Origin: a bacterium
GTDB taxonomy: Bacteria; UBA8248
DNA length: 64,000 nt
Direction of reading: 5' to 3'
NCBI GenBank assembly: GCA_963692865.2
Contig: OY843592.1
Location: forward strand, 2,304,001 to 2,368,000
How positions within the stretch are numbered: position 1 is the stretch's first letter; the number at the start of each line of letters is the position of its first letter. Of this stretch, positions 8,664 to 19,371 are shown in pieces. Below the pieces are notes generated by a model. That model worked only from the letters and a program-made list of their open reading frames with translations, made no database searches and was not told the DNA's origin. The position numbers were made by a program, and so were the translations under genes.

Positions 8664-11600
8664 ATGTATCGATTCCTGAAATGGACCGTTTGGATTGCCG
8701 GCATATGTTTCGTCTTGATCATCGTTGCGATCATCGCCGTGCAAATTTTTCTTTCATCCGACGAGATTATCAGAATCGCGGAGAGAGAAGGGCGAAAAAT
8801 CCTGGGCCGAAAAGTATCCATCGAGCGGCTGGAATTGGGACTATTCAAGATCGAGGCGAATGGAGTCGTCATCGACGGGCAAACAGGAAAAGGGGAGAAA
8901 GAGCGGCGCAATGCACCCTTCGTTCGGTTCGACGATGTTGAAATACTGCTGAACCCATCGACCCTGATTTACAAGCATATCAGCATTCTCCAACTTACTA
9001 TAAAAGGCGCGTCCGCCCATGTGTACCGAGATGCAGACGGCAGGTTCAATTTCCAGGACATCATCGACAACCTGAATCGAGGAACAAGCGATACGGCATC
9101 GGCGCGTGCGAAAAACACGAGAATGCCTTGGTCATTCATAAGAACCGCCGAAGCCGCCGAGAGCAGTGAGCAAAGTGCCGAATCAGGATTTGGTCTTACG
9201 ATTTACGAACTCGACCTCCATAACGTAAAGACCGAACTGCGATTTGATGCCAGTAATGCCGCACAGGCCTTTGAAGGTTTTTGTTCTTTTGCTCACGTCG
9301 AAATCGACAAAATAAAGCCGGGTGAACCAGTGGATGTTTTTCTCGACGGGAAATGTCGGGATCTGGGTGGGCGACAACTTGCCCATTTAAAAGGTGATGC
9401 GCATATCAATACAAATGCGCGGAATTATCGCGCATCGTTCGAAATACCGCTGTTTGATTCATCCCTCTTGGCTCCGTTGGCGCCGATAATGGGAGCTTAT
9501 CGTTTAGAGAAAGGAATTTTCGCTGGAAACTTGGAATTTAGCTATACGGTTGGCAGACCGTTTACTTGGAGCCTTGGTTTGCAGGGGCAAACCGTTCACG
9601 TGGATTTTCGAATGAATCCACAAGCAGAATGGCAGAGGCTGACATTGCCTAGGCTGAAACTGAATACGAAAGGCCAATTCGATTTTCTCGATAGTTCCAC
9701 TCATATAGAAACTTTCTTTTTCGATACGCCTTTTCTCGGTGCGAAATTAACACAACCTTCATTCTGGAATGTCTCAGCGAAAGATGAAATTCACGTGGAA
9801 GCGAATATCCGCGATATGAGTGAGGTGGGTAGCTGGGTTTCTCGCATCACGGACATCCCTCTTCCAGGGCTAAAGGAGCGTGCGACGGCCCGAATTCTCG
9901 TGTCGGTGAAACGAGTTCGCAAAATGCCGAATGACTCTGTGCGTGTAGAGATGAAATCTCGCTTCGACCCCGTAGACTTGGCTCAATTCAATGAATTTAT
10001 TCCCTCTTTTGATGGTATTTCGGGAATCAAAGGAATGGTGGGCGGAAAAGCGCTTGTAGTTTTTGTTTCTGGAGAACAACGAGTGCAGTGGGACGTGGCT
10101 TTGAAAACTCAGGATGCTGGCGCGATTGTGAAAATGAATAAGAGAAAACGATGGGAAGTCTTGCGACTAGGGGAGGCTATTCTTCATTCGAGGGGAAACT
10201 TCGATATGAAGAACGAATCCGCACATATCAGCGCTTTGAAAATCAAGTTGCCGTTCGCTACGGCGAAACTCGAAAAGCCCGCAAAATGGAATCTATATGA
10301 TAATGATGAGGCCGCGTTGTTCATTGATGTGAATGATTTTCCATCTATAGCCGATTTGTTGAGTCAACTCGGGTTGGTATCGTTTGTAGACCTTCCAGAA
10401 GACGCGAAAATCCGTTTTAACGCTACCGTGTCGCGAAACCGGAAAACCTCCTCGACCTTTACGATAGATACGAAAGCGCATTTCGACTCCTTGCCGATTG
10501 CGCCACTTGTGGATTTGGTCCCCTTGCCCGGCTATATGCAAAGAGTCACTGGCCGGGTGAGCGGTGAATTACAGGTGTCTTATGCCCCTGGCGGCGTTTT
10601 CAGGTGGCAGGCGGATATTACGGGAAAGAGAGTGAATATGAGGGGTAAAGTTATTGCAAATGAAAAATGGCGTGATATCTCCCTGGAGGCGGTGGGGCTT
10701 CAATCGAGCGGTTTCTATCTCGCCTCAAAAGGTTCCGCTGAAATCCGGACGTTGGATGTGAGGCTTCCGTTTGCGAGGCTGTTTTTGAATCGCAAGGCCT
10801 TGTGGAACAAAAGAGGCAAGGATGAGTTTTCGTTGACGCTCGATATCATGGATTGGAGTGCCGCCGAAATCTGGCTGGGTAAATTGATGGAGCATTCCAT
10901 TAAGCGGGGTCTAAAGAAGGGAAACCTGAAAATTTCGCTCCTGGGGACGAGAAACAGAAAAGATGGACTTGGTTTTTCTTATAAGGGTTCCGCTGCCTTT
11001 GATCCTGTCCGCCTATCCCCTTGGATGAAATTCATGAGGCTTCCTCCTGGTTTTCGCAATCCAGCCGGAGAGATTGCCGGAAAAATAGAGTTTTCATTCG
11101 TTCCCGGCAAAAAGATAAACTGGAATCTTGGCCTCGTCAGCGAAGATTTGGGCGGAGAATTCCTTGCGCTGATGAGCCACAAATGGAGGCCGTTGCGTAC
11201 GGGGAAGTTTCGCATTGAGGCCGTGGGTTCTTATGACTTCCAAAATCAATCTGGAAGGTTGCGAAATCTGAAGCTAGACATGCCATTTGGGCATATTCAA
11301 ACCCCGAGGCCTGCCGATTGGAATGTGAACGGAATGGATTCGCTCCGGTTTCAATGGACGGTATCGAATCTTGAAAATGCGGCTCGATTGGCTGGAGGTA
11401 TTTTGGGAGAACCGGCAGCAAAGTTTTTGGTGGCTGGAGACGCCAATGGTTTGATTGAAATTTCGAGAAACCGAAAAAAAACGCAGTCGATTTCGAGCAA
11501 ATGGTCATTTTCGGCGAATCTGTCGTCGTTCGCTCATGTTGCTTACCCGAATTTGAATTTAGCGGGAAGTTTTTTGGGACAGGCATATGATGACGTCATA

Positions 11601-12827
11601 ACAATTCGGATGCCGACACTGAAGACAATAAATACCAACAAGCCGAATTCGGAGCCCGACATTATTTTTAGAGATTTGCTCGCATCCTTGGAGCGCTCGT
11701 CAATCATGCGGGGAGAGATACGGTCACGAAGCGTTCGGCTCAGAAAACTGAACATTCGATATGTGCATCATGAAGAGGGGAAAACCAATTTTGACTATTT
11801 GTTTGAGATAGCGGAAGCCGGGAAGAAACGGACTTGGCAAATGGAAAATGGAGAAAAGGGAAAAACGGCGCCGGACAAGAACCTCCCGGCTCCTCCCCTA
11901 TATTCAAATACAAAGCCGGGTTCGAGGAAACGTCAAAAAATCGAGAAAAACAAGAATGGATATTTTCTCCCCACGATTAAAATCACGAAATTCGAAGTTG
12001 CAAGAATGGGACTTCATTTTCAAGATTTTATCGCTGCAGATAAACCGCCGGTAGTTTTCAAACTCCCTGACGCAAGGCTTTCAATCACGAACCTGGATAC
12101 GATGATGGCTCCTGGCCTGCGGGAAACGCGCCTGGTGTTCAGGACGATCGGAGAATCGCCCTCGTTGCTGGCGAAGGCAAACTTGAACCTTGGCTCAGCG
12201 CCTCCGGAGGCAGATGGAATACTAAATCTTTCGCGTTTCGATCTGCGTAAAATTTCACCATATGTACGTGATAGCAAGGGCGAAAGCGCGAGCGCCTTGT
12301 TGATGCGAGGGACCGAGATCACAAGGGGCATGCTGGATTTTAGTTCCACATTTTCGTTGAGAAAGAACCATTTGAATTTGGAGGGGAAGGCGAAGATCAT
12401 CGGATTGCGCATGAAACCAGACGAGAAGTTTCCCTTAGTCGACATCGTAGTGAAATTGCTCCGAGAGTCGGTGTTCCGTCTTTTCGAGAGACCGGACGAT
12501 ACCATTGCGCTGAACGTTCGGGTAACCGGGCGTTTGGATGACCCCGAGTTTCATTTTCTGGACGCTATCGTGGAGCCAATGTTCCTTGGCTTGTTTGAGA
12601 AGGCGCAAAATTTGGGAGGAAATGTGAAGGATATCGTAACAGGTATTTTGGGTGCCGCCGTCGAGGGGGTGCAGAAAATAGTGCCGGTGCCGAAAAGTAG
12701 TGGAAAACAGCTTGACGAAGATACCGGGAGAAAACCGCGCAGAGAGGAAAACCAGCTCGAGAAATTGGGAAAGGAACTCGAAAAAACCTTGCAAAAAGGA
12801 CTCCGTGGCTTATTCGGTGTCAAGTAA
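8664..12827 (+). CDS. AsmA-family / DUF748-like large envelope protein with internal repeats
   Basis: N-terminal TM anchor, LGRKVSI and RDADGRFNFQDI AsmA-N motifs, beta-rich body, C-terminal TGRLDDPEF motif. Confidence 0.75.
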   Translation: MYRFLKWTVWIAGICFVLIIVAIIAVQIFLSSDEIIRIAEREGRKILGRKVSIERLELGLFKIEANGVVIDGQTGKGEKERRNAPFVRFDDVEILLNPSTLIYKHISILQLTIKGASAHVYRDADGRFNFQDIIDNLNRGTSDTASARAKNTRMPWSFIRTAEAAESSEQSAESGFGLTIYELDLHNVKTELRFDASNAAQAFEGFCSFAHVEIDKIKPGEPVDVFLDGKCRDLGGRQLAHLKGDAHINTNARNYRASFEIPLFDSSLLAPLAPIMGAYRLEKGIFAGNLEFSYTVGRPFTWSLGLQGQTVHVDFRMNPQAEWQRLTLPRLKLNTKGQFDFLDSSTHIETFFFDTPFLGAKLTQPSFWNVSAKDEIHVEANIRDMSEVGSWVSRITDIPLPGLKERATARILVSVKRVRKMPNDSVRVEMKSRFDPVDLAQFNEFIPSFDGISGIKGMVGGKALVVFVSGEQRVQWDVALKTQDAGAIVKMNKRKRWEVLRLGEAILHSRGNFDMKNESAHISALKIKLPFATAKLEKPAKWNLYDNDEAALFIDVNDFPSIADLLSQLGLVSFVDLPEDAKIRFNATVSRNRKTSSTFTIDTKAHFDSLPIAPLVDLVPLPGYMQRVTGRVSGELQVSYAPGGVFRWQADITGKRVNMRGKVIANEKWRDISLEAVGLQSSGFYLASKGSAEIRTLDVRLPFARLFLNRKALWNKRGKDEFSLTLDIMDWSAAEIWLGKLMEHSIKRGLKKGNLKISLLGTRNRKDGLGFSYKGSAAFDPVRLSPWMKFMRLPPGFRNPAGEIAGKIEFSFVPGKKINWNLGLVSEDLGGEFLALMSHKWRPLRTGKFRIEAVGSYDFQNQSGRLRNLKLDMPFGHIQTPRPADWNVNGMDSLRFQWTVSNLENAARLAGGILGEPAAKFLVAGDANGLIEISRNRKKTQSISSKWSFSANLSSFAHVAYPNLNLAGSFLGQAYDDVITIRMPTLKTINTNKPNSEPDIIFRDLLASLERSSIMRGEIRSRSVRLRKLNIRYVHHEEGKTNFDYLFEIAEAGKKRTWQMENGEKGKTAPDKNLPAPPLYSNTKPGSRKRQKIEKNKNGYFLPTIKITKFEVARMGLHFQDFIAADKPPVVFKLPDARLSITNLDTMMAPGLRETRLVFRTIGESPSLLAKANLNLGSAPPEADGILNLSRFDLRKISPYVRDSKGESASALLMRGTEITRGMLDFSSTFSLRKNHLNLEGKAKIIGLRMKPDEKFPLVDIVVKLLRESVFRLFERPDDTIALNVRVTGRLDDPEFHFLDAIVEPMFLGLFEKAQNLGGNVKDIVTGILGAAVEGVQKIVPVPKSSGKQLDEDTGRKPRREENQLEKLGKELEKTLQKGLRGLFGVK

Positions 12828-13215
12828 TCTAATGAGGAGATTCCTTAGTGGGGGCGCCCGGCTGTTATTTGGCGAGGCCGCGCTGGATCATTTTTCGTAG
12901 GAGTTCTTGCCCGGTGACAGCACGTTGTGGTAGACGAAAAACACTATGTCCCCCACGCCACATTGAAGGTCTGATTACAGACTATATTCCATGGGTATGC
13001 CGCATTTTGTCGAAAATCATGAAAATCGCATGAACGGATTTCCTCTGAAAAATTTGATAGATAAAAAAATCGGCTAATGATTTCTGCGCCTAAACTCATT
13101 AACTTCAAACTTTTCTTGCATTTCCCAATTTAATTTGATATTGTTTCGAGGTTTTCCTCTGCCCGAGGACACATATCCCATTCTGTTCGTTGGGTGGGAA
13201 CATAGGATTCAGAGC

Positions 13216-16200
13216 ATGCCTACTCGTCGCTCGGGTATCCAAGCTGGACCATTACCAGTTTCCCAAAAAACCAACGAAATCGTAGGCGTATCCTTGGTTG
13301 GATTCGCGGTTTTTCTTGCGATCTCGCTTTGGACATTCAATCCCGGCGACCCGACTTGGGGCGCAGACGTCAATCAAAATTGGCAGATTCGAAACTACGG
13401 AGGAGCTGTTGGCGCATATGCCGCAGGCGCTATGGTCAAGACGGTGGGCGCATTCTCGGTTTTGCTGCCCATCGGATTCCTTGTTTGGGGTGTTACCGCG
13501 TTTGCAGGCTTGCGCTCTTGGCGGCCGGGTTGGCGCGAACTGGTTGGTTTGTTCTTCCTCTTGAGTGCCTCGGGGTTATTTTCCAAGACTTTTGAAACCG
13601 ATCCTCTTTTCGGGGCGACGACATTAGCCGGTGGAATTGTTGGTTATGGAGTCGTTAAGTTGTTAGGCACTTCTTTGGGTAGTGCGGGTAGTTGGGTTCT
13701 GCTTGGTTCCGTGATGCTGGCCTCGTTTGTCGGCATAACTGGTTTTTCATTCAAAAAGATGATTTCAGGACTGGCGATTGCGCATTGGTGTTTTTTTTCG
13801 CGTATTTTTACGGTTGTGGGAAAGGCCGCGCTCGCAGTGGCTAAGGGTGCTGTATTCACGACTAAAAAATTGTTTTCGAAGTCTATAGGCTTTCCTTCGT
13901 CTTTGACCGCAAAGGAATCATATGCCGAGTATACTGAACCGATAGCCGGCGCTGAGGACGAAGAAGCGGGATATTTCGAGCCGGATATCTCGAATAGCAA
14001 GCAGCGGCGGCCAAACATTACGAAGGAAGATATTGGCGAATTGATTGTAGAACCGAATAGGCCCTACTCGTCAAATCAAAAAAATGGCAGGCGCGTTTCT
14101 CGACCATCGGCGCAAAATGGTCCTTCGCTGTTTGGAGGAGAGAAATTCCCAAAGCCGGAGTTGCTGGCGCTGCGCGGCCCGGCGGCCAACGAAGAGGAAT
14201 TGGAGTTCTCTGAAAATCCAAAGAGTCTTTTCGATGAGGCAATGCCCGCTTCGGTGTTGGAAACGCTTTGCCGGAATGATGATGACGATCTGGGCCGGGC
14301 CGGTGATGAAGCGCGTAGTCGTTTGCCTCCGAGCGTGGCGGAAGAGCAGACGCCGAAGGCGAGTGAGGAAATCGATGACGAAGTAAAACAGGTGAATGCT
14401 AAAAGAAAATCGGTAACCGGCGGTGTACGAATTAAGCGGAAGAAAAATTTAGATGACAATGGCGTTGTATCGTCCGCACCGCTGGAAGAGGTTTCCGTTC
14501 TTGGGGAATCGCCTGACGCGCTTCGAGATTCGCCTTCGACTCATGTTGAAGATACCACCATAGGCGGAGAATCGAAAGCGGAAATAAAAGTTCGACACGC
14601 GGGAATTGGCGACGAGTCGGGTGTTGTCCAGATTCAAGACCATTTTCTGGTTCGCTCCAATTCACAGACTGAAAATCGGCAAAGGAATCAACGAATCAAT
14701 GTTCCGAAGAAAGAATACATTCTTCCATCGGTAGATATTTTTGCGGAGCCGCCCTCTGGCGGACTGATAGTTGACGAAGCGGGCATACGCGAAAAATCTT
14801 TGCTTCTTGAACAAACGCTGAAAGAATTCGGCGTCGTCGGAAAAGTCAGGGAAGTAAAAACGGGTCCAGTCATTACGATTTTCGAGTATGACCCTGCCCC
14901 GGGAATCAAAGTTTCCAAAATTACCGGCCTCGCGGATGATCTCGCCCGGGCCTTGTCCGCATTAAGTGTCCGCATCGTCGCTCCGATACCCGGCAAATCG
15001 GTTGTAGGCATCGAAGTTCCCAACATCAAGCGTGACGCCGTATTTGCGAAAGAAGTGCTCTCCTCGCGGGAATTCAGGCAGGCCGAAGATAAACTCACCA
15101 TGGGTTTGGGCAAGGATATTCTGGGAAGAACGGCGTTTACCGACTTGGCCAAAATTCCGCATCTTTTGATTGCGGGCACGACCGGTGCAGGGAAAAGCGT
15201 TGCCCTGAATATGATGATTTGCAGTCTCTTGGCCAAGTGTACGCCCAGAGAAGTTCGTTTTTTGATGGTCGACCCCAAGATGCTGGAGTTATCAATATAT
15301 GAAGGCATCCCGCATCAACTCGTGCCCGTCGTGACTGACCCCAAGAAAGCCTCGGCAGGCCTAAGGGGCGTCCTGGCAGAGATGGAGCGGCGTTATAAGA
15401 TAATGAGTGAGGCGGGAGTAAGGAACATCCAGAGTTACAATGCCTCCGTGGCGCGGCAATTGGGCGAGCGAGAGGCCAACAAAAGATGGAAAGAGCCTCT
15501 GTCCGAAGAGGAGTCCGCCCTTGATTTCCTTCCTTATATCGTTGTGGTGATAGACGAATTAGCGGATCTCATGATGATCGCCCCGCGTGAAGTGGAAGAA
15601 TCAATGACGCGCTTGGCCCAGATGGCTCGCGCTTCCGGTATCCATTTGCTGGTGGCTACCCAACGCCCTTCCGTTGATGTGCTTACGGGTCTAATCAAAG
15701 CGAATTTTCCATCCAGAATGGCGCTCCGCGTCGCTACGCGGACGGACTCGCGAACCATCCTGGATTCGAATGGGGCGGAGCGCCTGTTGGGCAAAGGGGA
15801 TATGCTGTTCGTGCCGCCCGGATCCAGCACTCCCGTTCGCATTCATGGGGCGTATGTTTCAGACAGTGAAATTTCTCAACTCGTTGCGCACTGGAAATCC
15901 CAAGGAGAAGCGATATTCAGGGACGATTGGTTCGTGGAAGAGGAGAGCACTTCTTCGAATGAGTCAAATAGCGATGAAGAATACGATGAGAGATATGACG
16001 ATGCGATTGCGCTCGTCTCCAGAACGCGCGAGGCATCCATTTCTCTCATTCAGAGACATTTGAGAATTGGGTATAACAGGGCGGCGCGCATGATCGAGCG
16101 TATGGAGCAGGATGGAATTATCGGCCCGGCGGATGGCGTGAAGAGAAGACAGGTCTTGGTAAGTGAAATTCCAGGCGAAGAGCCGGTAGAGACATCTTGA
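13216..16200 (+). CDS. ftsK: DNA translocase FtsK
   Basis: 4-TM N-terminal domain, long linker, PHLLIAGTTGAGKS Walker A, VVVIDELADLM Walker B, gamma domain QRHLRIGYNRAAR. Start codon uncertain (13135 or 13216). Confidence 0.97.
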   Translation: MPTRRSGIQAGPLPVSQKTNEIVGVSLVGFAVFLAISLWTFNPGDPTWGADVNQNWQIRNYGGAVGAYAAGAMVKTVGAFSVLLPIGFLVWGVTAFAGLRSWRPGWRELVGLFFLLSASGLFSKTFETDPLFGATTLAGGIVGYGVVKLLGTSLGSAGSWVLLGSVMLASFVGITGFSFKKMISGLAIAHWCFFSRIFTVVGKAALAVAKGAVFTTKKLFSKSIGFPSSLTAKESYAEYTEPIAGAEDEEAGYFEPDISNSKQRRPNITKEDIGELIVEPNRPYSSNQKNGRRVSRPSAQNGPSLFGGEKFPKPELLALRGPAANEEELEFSENPKSLFDEAMPASVLETLCRNDDDDLGRAGDEARSRLPPSVAEEQTPKASEEIDDEVKQVNAKRKSVTGGVRIKRKKNLDDNGVVSSAPLEEVSVLGESPDALRDSPSTHVEDTTIGGESKAEIKVRHAGIGDESGVVQIQDHFLVRSNSQTENRQRNQRINVPKKEYILPSVDIFAEPPSGGLIVDEAGIREKSLLLEQTLKEFGVVGKVREVKTGPVITIFEYDPAPGIKVSKITGLADDLARALSALSVRIVAPIPGKSVVGIEVPNIKRDAVFAKEVLSSREFRQAEDKLTMGLGKDILGRTAFTDLAKIPHLLIAGTTGAGKSVALNMMICSLLAKCTPREVRFLMVDPKMLELSIYEGIPHQLVPVVTDPKKASAGLRGVLAEMERRYKIMSEAGVRNIQSYNASVARQLGEREANKRWKEPLSEEESALDFLPYIVVVIDELADLMMIAPREVEESMTRLAQMARASGIHLLVATQRPSVDVLTGLIKANFPSRMALRVATRTDSRTILDSNGAERLLGKGDMLFVPPGSSTPVRIHGAYVSDSEISQLVAHWKSQGEAIFRDDWFVEEESTSSNESNSDEEYDERYDDAIALVSRTREASISLIQRHLRIGYNRAARMIERMEQDGIIGPADGVKRRQVLVSEIPGEEPVETS

Positions 16201-16459
16201 AATTCTGATGGGCCTCTGTTTGCGCGTTGTCGTTTTCTTTATTGCATCTGTTTGCGGTTAGCCGCCGATGGAAACTCGATATGTGGTTGTGGAGGTGTAG
16301 TTGACGCCGGTTAGCCAATAAGGAATGATGCTCCAAGCTTCATTGGTCGAAATGTCATATCCGTCCGTGGTTTAATGCTTTCGACGTGGTTTTTCGATTC
16401 TTGTCGGATGTTTACCGATTTTTCTGGCCTGATAGATTTCGGAGCCCGGAGGAGAGGAA

Positions 16460-16786
16460 ATGGCGGGAGGTATTTTTGAGTTTACGGACCAGAATTTCGA
16501 GGCGGATGTGATCGGCTCGGATACGCCCACACTGGTCGATTTCTGGGCGGAGTGGTGCGCTCCATGCAAAATGATCGCGCCTACAGTCGAGGCGCTTGCC
16601 CAGGAATATGAAGGAAAAGTGCGTATCGGAAAGTTGAATATCGATGAGAATCCATCGGTTCCCTCGAGATTCGGAATCCGCGGCATTCCGACGTTGATGT
16701 TGTTCAAAGGGGGGGAGGTTGTAGAACAGGTCGTAGGAGTGAAATCCAAAGCCGATTTGAAGGCCGCCATCGATCGCGCCCTTTAG
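16460..16786 (+). CDS. trxA: Thioredoxin
   Basis: VDFWAEWCAPCK and IRGIPTL; GGAG RBS. Confidence 0.95.
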   Translation: MAGGIFEFTDQNFEADVIGSDTPTLVDFWAEWCAPCKMIAPTVEALAQEYEGKVRIGKLNIDENPSVPSRFGIRGIPTLMLFKGGEVVEQVVGVKSKADLKAAIDRAL

Positions 16787-16830
16787 ATATCTAGTCTGCA
16801 ATTCGCTCACAGTTCAGGAAAACTTTCTTC

Positions 16831-17613
16831 TTGTCTTGGTTACGTCAAGGTGTCCTGAGTTTATCTGATTATGGAATCGCCTATTGCGAGGCTGGCCCAC
16901 AGGTTTCAAATGGCGTCGTCGTATGTATTCATGGGGCGGGTGGGAATCGGGATAGCTGGATTCCCTTGATGCGGCATCTGGCGGAACGGGGTGTGAGCAG
17001 TCTGGCCCTGGAGTTGCCCGGGCACGGCGAATCCGATGCAGCCCAAATCTCGGATATCAACGAATACAGCCGAATTGTTCTTGAATTCTTAAAAGCCAGG
17101 AAATTGAAATCGGTTTATCTGACCGGCCATTCAATGGGGGGCGCCGTAGTTCTTGCAAGTGTTATGTCGCAAGCCGAGTTGTTAAAGGCTGTGATTCTGA
17201 TTGGCTCCGGCGCGAAACTGAGGGTGAGAGATTCAATCTTAGAGGGTGTCAAAAGCGATTTTGTTAAAACCGTGGATGAAATCATCGGTTATGCTTTCGC
17301 TCCCACAGCGGAGCCATCTCTGATCCGTGAGAGCTCTCGAAGTCTTTTGCGATGCGATGCGAATACTCTGCGCCATGATTTCCTGGCGTGCGATCGATTC
17401 AACGTCCTTTCCGAATTGGAATCTATCTCTGCTCCCACTCTGATCCTGTGTGGGGAAGATGATCTTTTAACGCCCCCAAAATATTCACAATTTATGTCCG
17501 AGAAGATTCCAAATGCGAAATTATTCATTCTTCCGGAATCTGGTCACATGGTGATGTTGGAGCAACCGGAGATAGTGGGGGGGGTAATCTCCCAGTTCGT
17601 TAACGATTTTTAG
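16831..17613 (+). CDS. Alpha/beta fold hydrolase
   Basis: IHGAGG, LPGHGES, GHSMGG nucleophile elbow, GEDD, SGHMVMLEQP. Confidence 0.9.
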   Translation: MSWLRQGVLSLSDYGIAYCEAGPQVSNGVVVCIHGAGGNRDSWIPLMRHLAERGVSSLALELPGHGESDAAQISDINEYSRIVLEFLKARKLKSVYLTGHSMGGAVVLASVMSQAELLKAVILIGSGAKLRVRDSILEGVKSDFVKTVDEIIGYAFAPTAEPSLIRESSRSLLRCDANTLRHDFLACDRFNVLSELESISAPTLILCGEDDLLTPPKYSQFMSEKIPNAKLFILPESGHMVMLEQPEIVGGVISQFVNDF

Positions 17614-17663
17614 GCCCCTTCGAAAACCAAGCATCGCTTCGTCTAAATCTGGTTTTTAGAAGC

Positions 17664-18524
17664 ATGAAAATTCCCGTGTATTTCTATTTGTTTGTAGGGG
17701 TCATGGCTCTTGGTTGTTCCGCCATTCTCATACGATTGGCGGATGCCGAACCTTTGGCGATAGCGGCATACCGCATGGGCGGCGGCGCTTTGTTGTTGCT
17801 GCCGTTTACAAGAAAAAACATTATGGGTGCATGGGATGCTTTATCGTTCAGAGAGAAGATGGTTTGGATGGGTTCCGGCATATTCCTGGCGTTTCACTTT
17901 GCGTTTTGGATAGAGTCGCTGTCGCACACGTCCGTCGCAAGTTCCGTTGTGCTTGCAACGACCAACCCCATATTCGCAGGTGTCGGCGGTATCGTTCTTT
18001 TGGGAGAAAGGGAAGGGCGGAATTTCTGGCTGGGTGTAATGCTGGCGATTGGAGGCAGCGCCATTTTGGCATATTCCGACTTTGTGGGTCGGGCAGATAG
18101 CTTCTGGGGAAATTTTCTTGCATTGTCTGCGGCTGTGATGGCTTCCGCCTATATGCTATGCGGACGAAAGCTGAGAAGAAAAATTCCCGTGGCGACATAC
18201 GTGACGATGTGTTATGGACTCAGTGGGGTTTTGCTTTTCTGCGCCGCCTTGATTCTGGGGCAACCTCTCGGCGGATATTCTCACGATACCTGGTTGCTCT
18301 TACTTGCAATGATACTTGGCCCGACACTGATCGGTCATACCTCCGTTAACTATGCTTTGGGGCATTTGTATCCAGGAAAAGTGGCGCTTGCCGTTGTGGG
18401 AGAACCATTAGTGGCTACGGGATTGGCTTGGTGGCTGCTCCAGGAGGTTCCTACCTCGAGTCGGTTCTTCGCTTGTTCTATTATATTGGTTGGTATCGTA
18501 TTAGGCGGAAGATCAAAAAGTTAA
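17664..18524 (+). CDS. EamA/DMT family transporter
   Basis: About 10 TM segments; AFHFAFWIESLSHTSVASS and PTLIGHT motifs. Confidence 0.9.
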   Translation: MKIPVYFYLFVGVMALGCSAILIRLADAEPLAIAAYRMGGGALLLLPFTRKNIMGAWDALSFREKMVWMGSGIFLAFHFAFWIESLSHTSVASSVVLATTNPIFAGVGGIVLLGEREGRNFWLGVMLAIGGSAILAYSDFVGRADSFWGNFLALSAAVMASAYMLCGRKLRRKIPVATYVTMCYGLSGVLLFCAALILGQPLGGYSHDTWLLLLAMILGPTLIGHTSVNYALGHLYPGKVALAVVGEPLVATGLAWWLLQEVPTSSRFFACSIILVGIVLGGRSKS

Positions 18525-18726
18525 CATTTTCTTTTCTTGTGGTTTGGATATGCATTGGTTGCCTTCGAATGGTTGGAACAATAGGAAATGAAGGTCTCGA
18601 CGGCTTCATGAGTAAAAACGAAAATTGCGATTGTCCTTTTGGGTAGCATTCACCTCTAGTTCATCATGCGGAAGCGAGAGTTCTGTCTCATACCTTACGC
18701 CGAAGAGCCATGCGGGGCGATAAATA

Positions 18727-19272
18727 ATGACTTCGAGTGTCAGATTATGCGTGTTGGCGGATACACATGGTCGCCTTGCGCGAGAAGTGGTCGAGTTTTG
18801 TCAAGGCGCAGACCACATTCTTCATGCGGGTGATGTGGGTTCTGATTTTATTTTGCCGGAACTCGAGAACATTGCCCCTGTCAACTGTGTTTTGGGAAAC
18901 GTGGATGCGCCTGGTCTGGCGCCCTTGCGCTCGAAGACCGTTATAGCAGGCTGGCGGATTATGATTCAGCATATTGCCTGGGACAAGGGAGGACCATCCA
19001 GGGAATTACAGAAGTGTCTGCAAGGTGAGGCGATGGATTTAGTGATCTTCGGTCATTCCCATCAACCGCTTTGCCGAATGATAGGCAAGACCGTGTTTTT
19101 CAATCCCGGTAGTTGCGGCCCGAGGAGATTCGCTCTGCCCACAACGGTTGGCGAAGTGATTCTCGACGCTTTCGGCGGGTGGTTTCGAATATCCGAAATC
19201 GCTCATATAAAAAATGCGCCACCTCTCATTGAATTTCGATTTGCTCGGCCTCGCTTCTCGCATGAAGGCTGA
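18727..19272 (+). CDS. Metallophosphoesterase (YfcE/MJ0936-like)
   Basis: ADTHG, HAGDVG, GNVD, FGHSH and NPGS motifs. Confidence 0.9.
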   Translation: MTSSVRLCVLADTHGRLAREVVEFCQGADHILHAGDVGSDFILPELENIAPVNCVLGNVDAPGLAPLRSKTVIAGWRIMIQHIAWDKGGPSRELQKCLQGEAMDLVIFGHSHQPLCRMIGKTVFFNPGSCGPRRFALPTTVGEVILDAFGGWFRISEIAHIKNAPPLIEFRFARPRFSHEG

Positions 19273-19285
19273 TTTATATTTTTTA

Positions 19286-19315
19286 TTGCATACAAATCCA
19301 GAGTAGGGCTATAGT
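19286..19315 (+). promoter_or_regulatory. Putative sigma70 promoter of ispH
   Basis: TTGCAT-N18-TATAGT preceded by an AT-rich tract, about 55 nt before the GGAGG RBS and GTG start. Confidence 0.4.
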
Positions 19316-19371
19316 ATGAGACTGTGAATGTAGGAATGACCATATTTCATTTTGCATTGTGCGGAGGGGAA

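Noticed and set aside
12848-12956. Possible ncRNA (6S/SRP) between the asmA-like gene and ftsK, bounded by GTGGGGG...CCCCCAC
   Set aside because: Only a 7-bp terminal pairing; no SRP GGAA-loop motif or convincing long 6S-like duplex is visible.
13930-14700. FtsK acidic low-complexity middle region as a novel domain
   Set aside because: Variable disordered linkers are a normal feature of FtsK.
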